Source of the DNA: Candidatus Latescibacterota bacterium
Lineage (GTDB): Bacteria > Latescibacterota > UBA2968 > GCA-2709665
DNA: 64,000 nt
Direction: 5' to 3'
Assembly: GCA_965208835.1 (NCBI GenBank)
Contig: OZ242358.1
Coordinates: 4,224,001-4,288,000, forward strand
Shown piece by piece: positions 1 through 10,629 of the stretch. Under the pieces are notes generated by a model that saw nothing but the letters and a program-made list of their open reading frames with translations, did no database searches and had not been told where the DNA came from. How positions within the stretch are numbered: the first letter of the stretch is position 1; every line of letters starts with the position of its first letter. Position numbers and translations under genes: made by a program.

Positions 1-2
1 AG

Positions 3-503
3 GCCATCAAGTCGATCGAGAAGCGCATCAAAAACGCCAAGGCGACACTCAAGGAAAGTGCCGCGGAGTTAGAGTTCAAGCTCAAGCTCAAGCACCTTGG
101 TGCCGTCGACTTCAAGACAGAGACCCGGTCGTTGGTCGCGCAGGCCAATGCCCGTCTCGCGGGGCTGGATCCGAAGAAGAAGGCCGATAAGAAGACCATC
201 ACTGCGCTCCGCAAGGACAAGGAGGCACTGAACGCCCGCATGGCCCGGACTGATACAGTGTTCGAGGCGATCGGCGGCCAGATCAGCGAGTCCGATGCCC
301 GCCGCCTGATCCAGAAGAAGCTCTACGACTTCACCCGCGTCGAGTTGGACCGCTACCTTAGTGCGGAAAAACGGGTACTCGTGCGAGTTGTGGAGAACCT
401 ATGGGAGAAGTACGCCATCGCGGCCGACAAGTTGGAGAATGATCGAGCGGCAACGGTCACCACGATGGGCGATCTTCTATCGGCATTGAGGTACCTGAGA
501 TGA
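3..503 (+). CDS. hsdM: Type I restriction-modification methyltransferase subunit M, C-terminal part (5'-truncated by window)
   Basis: Frame is open from position 3. Helical C-terminus ending VENLWEKY...LSALRYLR resembles HsdM tails; stop overlaps the hsdS start (ATGA). Confidence 0.75.
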   Translation, partial: AIKSIEKRIKNAKATLKESAAELEFKLKLKHLGAVDFKTETRSLVAQANARLAGLDPKKKADKKTITALRKDKEALNARMARTDTVFEAIGGQISESDARRLIQKKLYDFTRVELDRYLSAEKRVLVRVVENLWEKYAIAADKLENDRAATVTTMGDLLSALRYLR

Positions 504-1744
504 GAACGCCAGCCGAAGTAAGGCTCCATTCCTGTGTCACGCTTGAGAAGGGAAAGCCGCCTGCCGCGCAACCATACTACGGACCAGATGCCGACAGGTA
601 CTTGACACCGGAATATCTGCGCATGGGTGGAGAATGCGGCTTGGTTAAGGCTGCACCTGGATCTACGCTCGTTGAGGATGGCGACACAATCCTGCTTTGG
701 GACGGATCCAACGCTGGGGAGGTTATTCGTGGCCGAACAGGCATTCTCGCGTCGACGATGAGTCGCGCATCGCATGCTGGCCGCTTCGACGACGCTTACC
801 TTTACTATGCACTCAAACATTGGGAGCCGTACCTAAAAGGGCAGACCTCGGGATCCGGTATCCCGCATATCGACAAAGAGATTTTCGGCAACCTTGCGAT
901 CACTGAGTTCGAATTACGCGAACAATCCAAGATCGCCGAGGTGCTTTCGACGGTGGATCGAGTAATCGAGCAGACCGAGGCGCTCATCGCCAAGCAGCAC
1001 CGCATCAAAATCGGCCTGATGCAGGATCTGCTCACCCGCGGCATCGACGATCACGGCAACATCCGCTCCGAACAGACCCACCAGTTTAAAGACTCGCCTC
1101 TCGGGCGGATTCCGGTGGGCTGGGAGGTGCGAGATCTTCAGTCACTTCTCGCTAATGTCAGCTCCCCAATGCGGAGTGGGCCATTCGGAAGCGCACTTCT
1201 AAAGGAGGAGCTGGTGGAGTCTGGAGTCCCATTGCTCGGAATAGACAATGTTCTTCCTGAGAGATTCGTGCCCGACTATAGAAGGTTTGTTTCAACAAAG
1301 AAAGCGGTGCAACTGCATCGATATCGAGTTCGCCCTCGCGATCTGATGATCACGATCATGGGAACGGTCGGTCGTTGCTGCGTTGTGCCGGATAACATCG
1401 GCGAAGCGCTGTCGTCAAAACACGTTTGGACCCTGTCACTCAATCAACATCTGTACTCTCCATTTCTTGCGTGCGTCCAGATTAATCATTCACCCTGGGT
1501 GCATAGTCACTTCGTACGAGATGAACAGGGAGGAATAATGGCATCGATACGATCTGAGACGCTGCGCACGACGCGATTGCCAACCCCGCCACCACCGGAG
1601 ATGTTGCGAATCGAGCAGATACTGTACGCCGCAGCTGATGATCTGCGGCGGATCGAGAGCATGAAGGACAAGGCTGTCTTGTTAAAGACCGGACTCATGC
1701 AGAATCTGCTCTCGGGAGACCGCCGCGTGACCGCGCTACTCTAA
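500..1744 (+). CDS. hsdS: Type I R-M specificity subunit S
   Basis: Two TRDs joined by the conserved EQSKIAEVLSTVDRVIEQTEALIAK...GLMQDLLTRG spacer; SPLGRIPVGWEV; SGPFGSAL; C-terminal GLMQNLLSG. Confidence 0.95.
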   Translation: MRTPAEVRLHSCVTLEKGKPPAAQPYYGPDADRYLTPEYLRMGGECGLVKAAPGSTLVEDGDTILLWDGSNAGEVIRGRTGILASTMSRASHAGRFDDAYLYYALKHWEPYLKGQTSGSGIPHIDKEIFGNLAITEFELREQSKIAEVLSTVDRVIEQTEALIAKQHRIKIGLMQDLLTRGIDDHGNIRSEQTHQFKDSPLGRIPVGWEVRDLQSLLANVSSPMRSGPFGSALLKEELVESGVPLLGIDNVLPERFVPDYRRFVSTKKAVQLHRYRVRPRDLMITIMGTVGRCCVVPDNIGEALSSKHVWTLSLNQHLYSPFLACVQINHSPWVHSHFVRDEQGGIMASIRSETLRTTRLPTPPPPEMLRIEQILYAAADDLRRIESMKDKAVLLKTGLMQNLLSGDRRVTALL

Positions 1745-1798
1745 CAACGCCAAGGGATCACGACATGAGTGGCTGCATCAGAAACGGAGGCCATGCAG

Positions 1799-3508
1799 AT
1801 GTGGCTCAGTGAACTGCAGATCCGCAACTTCCGAAAGATCGACGCGCTCACAGTGAGTTTTCCGCGGGGTCTGACGGTGTTGGTTGGCGAGAACAACTCG
1901 GGTAAAACGACGATAATCGATGCACTGCGCCTCATGTTGTTCTCCAGCCGGGAGTTCGACTCCCTAAGGCTCACGGAGGATGACTTCCGAATCGGAACCG
2001 AACACGCACCGATCGAGATTTCCTGCCGATTCACCGGACTTGAGGATGAGGACGAAGTCCACTTTCAAGAGTGTCTCGTCGATATCGGCGATGGCAAGTT
2101 CGAGATGCAGTTGAACGCCCGTGTTGAATTCAATGAGACGACGAATCGCTGCAACGTGAAGATGTGGGGTGGCGAGACGGAAGGCGGCTCACTTCCGTCG
2201 AACCATTACGATCGACTTGCGACAGTCTACTTGCAACCGCTGCGTGATCCCGAACGTGGCCTGCGGCCTGGCCACCATTCCCAAGTGTCCCGCCTCATCG
2301 ACTTCCTGACCAAGGAAGAACAGCGCGAAGACTTTGAAAACATCGCCAAGGATGCGAATAGGCAGATTCAAGATCTGATGCCAGTCAAAGACGCAAAGGA
2401 CGACATCAATGCGCAGATGGCAGCTATCGCGGGTAGAGAGTTGACCCAGAACACTGAATTGATCTTCACCGACCCTACTTTCCGCCGCATCATCGCAGGG
2501 CTGCAGCCTGAGATCGAAGAACTTCCGTTTGCCCTAAATGGGCTCGGATACAACAACCTAGTATTTACATCTGCGACTTTGGGCACGCTTCGGCGGAGTC
2601 GACAACTCTCATTCCGGTCAATCCTGGTCGAGGAACCTGAAGCACATCTGCACCCACAGTTACAAATGCTCCTTCTCAGGCATTTGGCTGAGGTCGCCAG
2701 CAGGCACGAAGCCAATGAAGTTCAGGTCATCGCCAGCAGCCACTCTCCCATCCTTGCAAGTCAGGCCCCGATTGACTCGGTCGTAACAGTTCACGAGGTT
2801 GATGGCAGGGTCAGTACCGTCTCAATCTCTTCCATCACGATTGACGATAGGATCAAGAAGAAGCTCCAGCGGTATCTTGATGCGACCCGGGGAGAATTGT
2901 TTTTCGCCCGCCGCATCTTGATGGTGGAGGGGATCGCGGAGGCGTTGCTGCTCCCTGTGCTGGCCAAGATTTCAGGTGGCAACCTGAAGGAGTCGTCCGT
3001 GACCGTTCTAAACGCGGATGGGATCAACTTCAACGCGTTCATTCCATTGTTCGGAGTGGAACGGCTAGTTGTGCCGGTCGTCATTCTCACAGATGGTGAC
3101 GCGAAGGAGATCGGTAGAGAGATGTCGGCAACCGCAGCCAACCTGAAAGCGCTTGAGTCTGACGTGCCCAATCTGAGCGTCGAAATGTCGGAGATTACTT
3201 TTGAGCACCAACTTGCTCGTTCCGAGGCGATGCTGCCGTACATGATTGCGGCTCTCAAGGAACTACATCCAAGGAGGGGAGAAACACTCGAACGTGAGCT
3301 CGGGGCACTTGAATCTGCAGATGAAAGAGCGAATGCATTCCTGAGTGCTTTTTTGGCATCCAAGGTGTCAAAGGGCCAGTTTGCTCAGGAACTCGCAGGT
3401 GCGTTGGACGGATGCGACCTCGGGCCCGAAGCCGTCCCCAACTACATTCGCAAGGCGCTGAGACACTTGGGCGTCCTCACGGAGAGGGTAAATGGTGGCT
3501 TCGACTGA
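1799..3508 (+). CDS. gajA: OLD-family ATP-dependent nuclease (ABC ATPase + TOPRIM), GajA-like
   Basis: IRNFRKI; Walker A VGENNSGKT; Walker B/D-loop LVEEPEAHLHPQLQ; SSHSP; TOPRIM ILMVEGIAE and ILTDGD; SKGQFAQELA. GGAGG RBS at 1786-1790 favours ATG 1799. Confidence 0.85.
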   Translation: MWLSELQIRNFRKIDALTVSFPRGLTVLVGENNSGKTTIIDALRLMLFSSREFDSLRLTEDDFRIGTEHAPIEISCRFTGLEDEDEVHFQECLVDIGDGKFEMQLNARVEFNETTNRCNVKMWGGETEGGSLPSNHYDRLATVYLQPLRDPERGLRPGHHSQVSRLIDFLTKEEQREDFENIAKDANRQIQDLMPVKDAKDDINAQMAAIAGRELTQNTELIFTDPTFRRIIAGLQPEIEELPFALNGLGYNNLVFTSATLGTLRRSRQLSFRSILVEEPEAHLHPQLQMLLLRHLAEVASRHEANEVQVIASSHSPILASQAPIDSVVTVHEVDGRVSTVSISSITIDDRIKKKLQRYLDATRGELFFARRILMVEGIAEALLLPVLAKISGGNLKESSVTVLNADGINFNAFIPLFGVERLVVPVVILTDGDAKEIGREMSATAANLKALESDVPNLSVEMSEITFEHQLARSEAMLPYMIAALKELHPRRGETLERELGALESADERANAFLSAFLASKVSKGQFAQELAGALDGCDLGPEAVPNYIRKALRHLGVLTERVNGGFD

Positions 3509-5252
3509 TCAACTCCGGGATGCTATCCTTGAGCAGAATCCGACTGACCAGCAGAGGGAGGCCATCTTTGCTGAGGAGTTGGAGTTTCTCTTGCGCGCGG
3601 CTCCAGGAAGCGGAAAAACCTGGACGTCATGTCGACGCTTTATATGGAGGGCGGCCAACTGGCCTCATCCTGTCAGCGGACTGGCCCTCCTGTCGTTCAC
3701 GAACGCTGCCATTCGCGAGTTCAAGATCGCCACAGCCAAGTTAGGGCGAAGAGACGTCCTATCCGATCCGAACTACGTCGGTACGTTTGACTCGTTTGTT
3801 GAACGCTACATTCTCGCACCGTTTGGCCACCTACTCACCGGTGCAGACAAGCGGCCAAAGCTATTTCCAGGCCCACGTCCAGGCGATTGGAATAATTCTA
3901 AACTGAAGGTGTGGCGAGACGGCAGGGGCCGCACCAAGATCCCCGTTCCGGCATGGGAAGTCATACCCTATCTGGATGGCGACAAGGTCGGATTCAATGC
4001 GTCCTCCGCATTCGGGAATCAGCCTCTCGCCGCATCCGGTGATGCTGTCCAAAAACTGTTGTCGTTGGGTTTCTATACACATGCGCAGCGAGTGTTCTGG
4101 GCTTGCAGGCTTCTCTTCAAGCGACCTCACATCGCAGAACTCCTCGCTAGGCGCTTCCCCGAGATCATCGTTGATGAGGCGCAGGACTCTAATGCATGGT
4201 TGCTCTTCCTATTGAACTTCCTGCGAGAGAAGGGCGCACGGATCACGCTCGTTGGTGACCCGGACCAGTGCATCTTCGAGTTTAGTACGGCAGATGCGAC
4301 TTCGTTGCCAAATCTGAAGACAAAGTGGTCAATTCCCGAAATGCCCTTAAGTCAGTCGTTTCGGTGCAACAACCAGATCGCAGCGGCTGTGCGTAACGTG
4401 GGCGGGAACCCATTGTTCACGGGAGCTGGGGATGGAGCAACGGAATGGCGCCGTGCGTTTGTGGTCAAAGAAACGTCTACGACTTTCTCTGATGGCCTAG
4501 CGGCGTTACAACGTCTCGCAGACAAGGCCGGAGTTAGCATCAACTCTGCCGCCGTCGTCTGCCGAGGGCATGGACAACTGCAATCGGTGCGGGGCAAGGT
4601 GAACTACACCAAGCTAACAGGCAAGGCAAAACGTTTGGCTACGGCCGCTTTCCTTCGTGATTCCCGACACGATTACCGTGGAGCATCGCAGGCCGTCGAG
4701 AGCATCGTGCGCGAACTCACAGGTGACGATCCTATGTGGGAGCGTATCGATAACGACCCGACGTCGCGCGAGCGCGCGGCTGTGGCATTGGCAGTCTGGA
4801 AGTTCGTTAAGAGCCCGAACCGGCTAACACCAGTATCTCAGCTTGGTGACACATGGATTCCTTCCATGCGAACGCAATTAGCGAGCTTGTTCGAGGAAAT
4901 CGGCTTGCCATGCGACGTGAAGCTTGGGCATCACATCAAAGCAACGGGACTCTCCGCTGCTGAGAAGGCTCTGCCGCTCTTCGAGTCGGCCCAAGAGTTC
5001 CCGGAAGTTCGGCAGGACACGATTCACCAGGTGAAAGGCGAGAGTATGGACGCCGTGCTCGTCGTCGCCGGTACAAGATTCTGGAGCTCCGTGGTGGCGG
5101 CGGTACAGCGCGGTGACAACACGGAAGATCGACGGCTGGCGTATGTAGCCATGACGCGTGCCCGCCACCTGCTCGTGGTCGCGTTACCGAAGGGGCACTA
5201 CGATAAGCACCTAAAGACCTGGTTAGAATGGGGCTTCAGGGTGGCGACGTGA
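3492..5252 (+). CDS. gajB: UvrD/REP-like SF1 helicase, GajB-like
   Basis: AAPGSGKT, LSFTNAA, GTFDSF, IVDEAQD, VGDPDQCIF, SFRC, TIHQVKGES, LAYVAMTRAR; overlaps the OLD gene by 17 nt. Confidence 0.85.
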   Translation: MVASTDQLRDAILEQNPTDQQREAIFAEELEFLLRAAPGSGKTWTSCRRFIWRAANWPHPVSGLALLSFTNAAIREFKIATAKLGRRDVLSDPNYVGTFDSFVERYILAPFGHLLTGADKRPKLFPGPRPGDWNNSKLKVWRDGRGRTKIPVPAWEVIPYLDGDKVGFNASSAFGNQPLAASGDAVQKLLSLGFYTHAQRVFWACRLLFKRPHIAELLARRFPEIIVDEAQDSNAWLLFLLNFLREKGARITLVGDPDQCIFEFSTADATSLPNLKTKWSIPEMPLSQSFRCNNQIAAAVRNVGGNPLFTGAGDGATEWRRAFVVKETSTTFSDGLAALQRLADKAGVSINSAAVVCRGHGQLQSVRGKVNYTKLTGKAKRLATAAFLRDSRHDYRGASQAVESIVRELTGDDPMWERIDNDPTSRERAAVALAVWKFVKSPNRLTPVSQLGDTWIPSMRTQLASLFEEIGLPCDVKLGHHIKATGLSAAEKALPLFESAQEFPEVRQDTIHQVKGESMDAVLVVAGTRFWSSVVAAVQRGDNTEDRRLAYVAMTRARHLLVVALPKGHYDKHLKTWLEWGFRVAT

Positions 5253-5329
5253 CGGACGCCCGCACAAATCCGTACGAGCGACGATGTTGTTTCAGGACTA
5301 GAGCATGAAAGCGAGCAAGGAGTGTTGCG

Positions 5330-7444
5330 ATGGACGAACCCAAACCACTCGATAGCCTCTTCAGAGAGAAACTGTTCCGCATTCCCGACTACCAACGGGG
5401 ATACGCTTGGAGACGCGAGCAGTTGGATGCCTTCTGGGAGGATCTTATCAACCTGCCCAACGGTCGCTCCCACTATACCGGAGTGCTGACTCTGAACGAG
5501 ATTCCGTCCACCGACGTTCAGCAGGATGACAAGGAGTTCTGGCTGGTAGATGACCATTCGTACAAGCTGTACCACATCGTCGACGGCCAGCAGCGGCTGA
5601 CGACCTTCACGCTGTTTCTGCAAGCCTTCATCGAGGTTCTTCGCAGCTTGCCCGAAAACGAGGGTCAGGCGGATGACGCGATCTACCTCACCGAGACGCT
5701 CAGCATCGCAGCCGTCGAAAGAAAGTTTCTGTTCGAGGTGAAGCCGCCCGGGAAAGCCTTTCGCACCTACAAGTTCGGTTATGCGGTTGACAACCCCAGT
5801 GACAAGTATATGCGGTACCGAATTCTGGGTGAGGAGGGTGGTGGCATGGTTTCCGAGACGTTCTATACGCTTAATCTCAGCAATGGGAAGCGTTACTTCA
5901 AAGAACAACTGCGAGCATGGCACAAAGAAAAAGGGGTCTCAGGGCTCCAAGGCATGTACCGCACGCTGACCAAGCGGTTCCTGTTTAACGAGTACATCAT
6001 CAAGGACGAGTTCGATGTTTTCGTCGCTTTCGAGACGATGAACAACCGCGGCAAGACGCTTTCGGATCTGGAATTGCTTAAGAATCGCTTGATCTACCTG
6101 ACGACCCTCTATACCGATGAGGATCTGGATTCTGCAGAGCGCAGAGATCTCCGTAACTTGATCAACGACTCTTGGAAGGAGGTTTACTCCCAGTTGGGGC
6201 GCAACAAGTCGAAGCCGCTGAATGACGACGAGTTTCTGCGGGCCCACTGGATGATGTATTTCAAGTTCTCGCGGCAGACGGGGCGAGACTACATCAAGTT
6301 TCTGCTGGATCAGCAATTCGCCCCGCAGCGTGTCCATCGCAAGATTGTTCAGCCGGTGGCACTGGAGGAAGCCGAGGAGCAGACATCTGACGCGGATTTG
6401 GAAGCGGACGAAGAGAATGGACTGGACGAGGTCGAAAGCGTGGAGCCGAAAGTGGCAGAGTTGCGGCCGAACGAGATTCGCGAATACGTCAAGAGCCTCA
6501 AGGTGTCTTCGGGGCAGTGGTTCTGCACGTACTACCCAGAGATGTGCGACGATCTCACACCTGAAGAAACGGAATGGATTCAACGCCTGAATCGGCTGGG
6601 TATGGCGTATTTCCGACCACTCCTGATGGCGATTCTGAAGAAGTGTGACAATCCCGGCCAGCGAGTCGACATCTTCAAGGAAATCGAGCGATTCGTCTTT
6701 GTTGTGTTCCGATTGACTCAATCCCGTTCGAACTATGGCAGTTCGGAGTTTAGTAACGCTGTCCGAGCGATCAACCGTGGCGACATGGATCTTGCGGACT
6801 TGAAGAGGCGGCTGCGGAACTGGATGAGTTTTACGGTCACGGACGAGGGCCATTTCGCGACCGACCACTTTTATCTGTTGATTCAGAAGAAATTTGAGAA
6901 TGGCCAAGGCTACTACGGCTGGCCTGGCCTGCGGTATTTCCTCTACGAATACGAGCTGGGGTTGATGTCCAGCAGTCGGCAAAAGAAGGTCGACTGGGCG
7001 GATTTGCTCAAGACGCCGAGGGACAAAATCTCCATTGAGCACATCTATCCGCAATCCGAGACAGCAGCGTGGAAGCCGGCCTTCAAAGGCATCAGAAAAG
7101 GAGAACGGGAGGCGTTCCGCAATAGCCTCGGGAACCTGTTACTCCTCTCTTCCTCGATCAACTCGTCGCTGCAGAACGACGCCTTTGCCGAGAAGAAAAA
7201 GCCCAAGTACAGCCGCGATGGCAGTAAGCTCCGCAACGGTTACGCAGACGGATCGCACTCGGAGATTGAAGTCTCGGTTTTCGAAGATTGGGGGCCCGCT
7301 GAGATTCGCGAGCGCGGCATTGGGTTGATTAGATTCATGGAGATGCGATGGGACATCTATTTCGCAGATGATCAGGCAAGGGAGAAGATGCTGTTTATCG
7401 GAAGCGTCGATGGAGATGGGTCCGGTGGAGAAGTCTCAGAATGA
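5330..7444 (+). CDS. DUF262-DUF1524 fused protein (GmrSD-like modification-dependent restriction endonuclease)
   Basis: IPDYQRGYAW, IVDGQQRLTT and FETMNNRGK (DUF262/ParB-like); SIEHIYPQ...NSLGNLLLLSSSINSSLQN (DUF1524 HNH). Confidence 0.9.
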   Translation: MDEPKPLDSLFREKLFRIPDYQRGYAWRREQLDAFWEDLINLPNGRSHYTGVLTLNEIPSTDVQQDDKEFWLVDDHSYKLYHIVDGQQRLTTFTLFLQAFIEVLRSLPENEGQADDAIYLTETLSIAAVERKFLFEVKPPGKAFRTYKFGYAVDNPSDKYMRYRILGEEGGGMVSETFYTLNLSNGKRYFKEQLRAWHKEKGVSGLQGMYRTLTKRFLFNEYIIKDEFDVFVAFETMNNRGKTLSDLELLKNRLIYLTTLYTDEDLDSAERRDLRNLINDSWKEVYSQLGRNKSKPLNDDEFLRAHWMMYFKFSRQTGRDYIKFLLDQQFAPQRVHRKIVQPVALEEAEEQTSDADLEADEENGLDEVESVEPKVAELRPNEIREYVKSLKVSSGQWFCTYYPEMCDDLTPEETEWIQRLNRLGMAYFRPLLMAILKKCDNPGQRVDIFKEIERFVFVVFRLTQSRSNYGSSEFSNAVRAINRGDMDLADLKRRLRNWMSFTVTDEGHFATDHFYLLIQKKFENGQGYYGWPGLRYFLYEYELGLMSSSRQKKVDWADLLKTPRDKISIEHIYPQSETAAWKPAFKGIRKGEREAFRNSLGNLLLLSSSINSSLQNDAFAEKKKPKYSRDGSKLRNGYADGSHSEIEVSVFEDWGPAEIRERGIGLIRFMEMRWDIYFADDQAREKMLFIGSVDGDGSGGEVSE

Positions 7445-10400
7445 GCTCCTCAGGCAAAACGCCGCAGCACATCAAGCTGGACGAACGCAACCACGTTGAG
7501 AAGCCGCTGCTCGACCAGCTTGCGGGCTTGGGCTGGGATATCATCGACCTGACTGATATGAACCAGACCCCGGCCGAAACCGATCGGGAGAGCTTCACCG
7601 AGGTCGTGATGACGCCTGTGCTGCGCGAGCGGCTCAAGGTCATCAACCCCTGGCTTGAGGACGATCAGATCGAGGAGGTCGTCAAGCGGCTCACCGCGAA
7701 CTTCCCGAGCGCCGGCTTACTGGAGAACAATAGGCACGTGTTCCAGCTCCTTATGGAAAACACCAGCGTCAGCGAGAATCGCCAGAGCGGCGAGAGGAGC
7801 CCGGCTGTCCGGTTCGTGGACTTTACAACCCGCGACAACAACCGCTTCGTCGCGATTTGCCAATTCAAAGTCCGCGTCCTCGGTACCGAGCACCACATCA
7901 TTCCCGACATCGTGCTGTTCCTCAACGGCATGCCGGTAGTGGTGATCGAGTGCAAATCGCCCAAGGTCAAGGACGCGATTCCCGAGGCAATCGATCAGCT
8001 ACTCCGCTACAGCGAGCAGCGCGGGGCCAAGGGGGAAGGGAATGCGCCGCTCTTCTATTACAACCAATTCGTCGTGGCGACCTGCCGGCACGAAGCCAAG
8101 TTCGGTACTATCTCCACGCACACGGAGAAGTACTTCTACCGCTGGGCCGACCCGTATCCTCGGACCGTGGACGAGATGGATCACGGCTCAGGCAGCCCCA
8201 ACGACCAGCAACGTCTCGTCGCCGGTATGCTCGACCGGGACAACCTGCTCGACCTGATTCGCACGTTTACGCTGTTCTCGACGAATGACAAGGGCCAGAC
8301 GATCAAGATCGTGGGCCGCTACCAACAGTTCCGCGCGGTGAAGGTGGCGGTGAAGCGCCTGCTCAAAGGCCGTAATCCTCGCGAGCGCAGCGGGATCATC
8401 TGGCACACCCAGGGGTCCGGCAAGTCGCTCACCATGATGTTCATGGTTCGGGAGATGTACCGTCACGCGCAGCTCTCGAACTGGAAGGTTGTCTTCATCA
8501 CTGACCGTACCCAGTTGGAACAGCAACTCTCCGAGACCAGTCAAAGCATCGGCTTCACGGTGAAACTGGCCGACAGCATCGAGACGCTCAAGAAACTACT
8601 AAGGGCAGACACCTCCGATTTGGTGATGGGGATGATCCACAAGTTCCGCGAGGCGGATCTTACCGAGAGCTTCCCGGAGCTGAACGCCAGCCCTAACATC
8701 CTCGTCATGACTGACGAAGCCCACCGGTCGCAGTACAGGCTGCTTGGGGCCAACCTCGACAAGGGCATTCCCAACGCCGCCAAGATCGGTTACACGGGAA
8801 CGCCGATCGACAAGACCGAGCAGGTGTTCGGCGACTACATAGACAAGTACACGATGCGCCAGTCCATTGTGGACGGCGTGACGCTGGAGATCGTCTACGA
8901 GGGCCGCACGCACAAAGCCGAGGTACCGAAACGGGCCGACTTGGACACGGCATTCGAGGATGTATTCAGCGACTACAACATCACGCAGCGTCTGGACATC
9001 CTTGGGTATGGATCGCGGAAGGCCTATCTCGAAGCAGAGCCCACCATCAAGGCTAAGGCCCAAGACATGGTGACGCACTACCTTGCGCATGTGTTCCCCA
9101 ACGGCTACAAGGCGCAGGTGGTGGCGACGTCACGCGAGGTGGCGGTGCGCTACAAGAAACACCTGGACGCCGCGCTCGCGACGGCAGTCGGAAAGCTGGA
9201 GCAGGCCAACACGGGCAACCTGGACTTGGACCGGCTCAAGGCGATGAAGACGGACGTCGTGATCTCCGGAATCCACAATGACCTGCCCCACCTCAAGGAG
9301 TATTCCGACTCAACACGGCACGATGCGAGCATCAAAAGTTTCAAGCTGTCGTTCGGCGGTCAAGAGGACGGTGTCAACGGAGACATGGGTATCCTGATCG
9401 TCAACAATATGCTGCTAACCGGCTTCGATGCGCCCGTCGAGCAGGTGATGTATCTGGACAAGGTCGTGGTTGCCCATAACCTGCTTCAGGCCATCGCCCG
9501 TGTAAACCGAGTGAGTGGAGAATCCAAGGAGAAGGGCTTCGTGGTGGACTATGTTGGCATTGGCCACCGTCTCAAGAGAGCGATCGAAACCTACGACGAG
9601 CGCGAGCAGAATGAGATTATCGAGGCCTTGAGTTTTCCCGATGAGGAATTGCGTGAACTCAAGGAAGCCCATGCCGACGTGATGACCCTGCTCCTGAAGC
9701 ATGGACTTACGGACATGACCGATCACGACGCCTTCTACGATGTGTTCTATGACGAGGACCTGCGCTTTGACTTCCTGTTGGCGTTCAAACGGTTGACCAA
9801 GGCGCTCAATCTTCTGTTCCCGGCCCGCCAGGCCCTCGAGTTCATGGGCGACTACAAAGCGCTCGCCGAGATAAATGTGCTCGCCGGAAAGCACTTCCGC
9901 GACCAGCGCCTGAGCATGAAGGGTATTCCGGCAAAGCTCCGTGCGATTACGGATGCCCACCTTGAGTCCCGGGGCATCGATGTCAAGGTTCCGCTAATCT
10001 CGATCCTTGACGAGGATTTCGAGAAGGGCGTCGGCGAGCACCACCGGACCAAGACCAAGGCGGCTGAGATCGAACACGCGATCCGCCACCACCTCGACGT
10101 AGACCTGGACGATGATCCGGACCTGCGAGCCTCCTTCGCAGAAGCCCTGGCGGTCATCTTCGAGCAATTCCGGGACAATTGGAATAGGATCTACGAAGAA
10201 CTAGAGAAGTTGCGGACACGCATCATCAATGCCAGCAACGAGCCGACATACGGATTACATCGAAAGAAGCAAATGCCATTCTTTCGAATGTTCCAGCGTG
10301 AGTTGTTCGGTGCAGGTGAGCCGACTGTGGATCAGTCTCGGGTGGATGAGGAACAGGCAGTTAATCGGGTCGACGACGAAGACCGAATCAGCGATCTAGT

Positions 10401-10629
10401 GAATTTGACGCAGCAGATCACTCAGGTTGTCGAGAGAGAGTTGAGATTGGCAGGATTCTGGGAAAGCATCCCGGCCCGCAACAAGCTGAAAGCGGAGATC
10501 CAACAGATCCTGCTCGCGTCTGAGTTTGCCAGCGTGCCCAACCTCATCAAGAATCGTGCCCACATTATTAGCCGAATTATGGAAATCGCTGAAAAAAACA
10601 ACGACATTATTCTCTTTGCGGACGAGTGA
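7441..10629 (+). CDS. hsdR: Type I restriction endonuclease subunit R
   Basis: IPDIVLFLNGMPVVVIECK nuclease motif; WHTQGSGKS; DEAHRSQY; GYTGTP; MLLTGFDAP; LLQAIARVNR. Confidence 0.97.
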   Translation: MSSSGKTPQHIKLDERNHVEKPLLDQLAGLGWDIIDLTDMNQTPAETDRESFTEVVMTPVLRERLKVINPWLEDDQIEEVVKRLTANFPSAGLLENNRHVFQLLMENTSVSENRQSGERSPAVRFVDFTTRDNNRFVAICQFKVRVLGTEHHIIPDIVLFLNGMPVVVIECKSPKVKDAIPEAIDQLLRYSEQRGAKGEGNAPLFYYNQFVVATCRHEAKFGTISTHTEKYFYRWADPYPRTVDEMDHGSGSPNDQQRLVAGMLDRDNLLDLIRTFTLFSTNDKGQTIKIVGRYQQFRAVKVAVKRLLKGRNPRERSGIIWHTQGSGKSLTMMFMVREMYRHAQLSNWKVVFITDRTQLEQQLSETSQSIGFTVKLADSIETLKKLLRADTSDLVMGMIHKFREADLTESFPELNASPNILVMTDEAHRSQYRLLGANLDKGIPNAAKIGYTGTPIDKTEQVFGDYIDKYTMRQSIVDGVTLEIVYEGRTHKAEVPKRADLDTAFEDVFSDYNITQRLDILGYGSRKAYLEAEPTIKAKAQDMVTHYLAHVFPNGYKAQVVATSREVAVRYKKHLDAALATAVGKLEQANTGNLDLDRLKAMKTDVVISGIHNDLPHLKEYSDSTRHDASIKSFKLSFGGQEDGVNGDMGILIVNNMLLTGFDAPVEQVMYLDKVVVAHNLLQAIARVNRVSGESKEKGFVVDYVGIGHRLKRAIETYDEREQNEIIEALSFPDEELRELKEAHADVMTLLLKHGLTDMTDHDAFYDVFYDEDLRFDFLLAFKRLTKALNLLFPARQALEFMGDYKALAEINVLAGKHFRDQRLSMKGIPAKLRAITDAHLESRGIDVKVPLISILDEDFEKGVGEHHRTKTKAAEIEHAIRHHLDVDLDDDPDLRASFAEALAVIFEQFRDNWNRIYEELEKLRTRIINASNEPTYGLHRKKQMPFFRMFQRELFGAGEPTVDQSRVDEEQAVNRVDDEDRISDLVNLTQQITQVVERELRLAGFWESIPARNKLKAEIQQILLASEFASVPNLIKNRAHIISRIMEIAEKNNDIILFADE

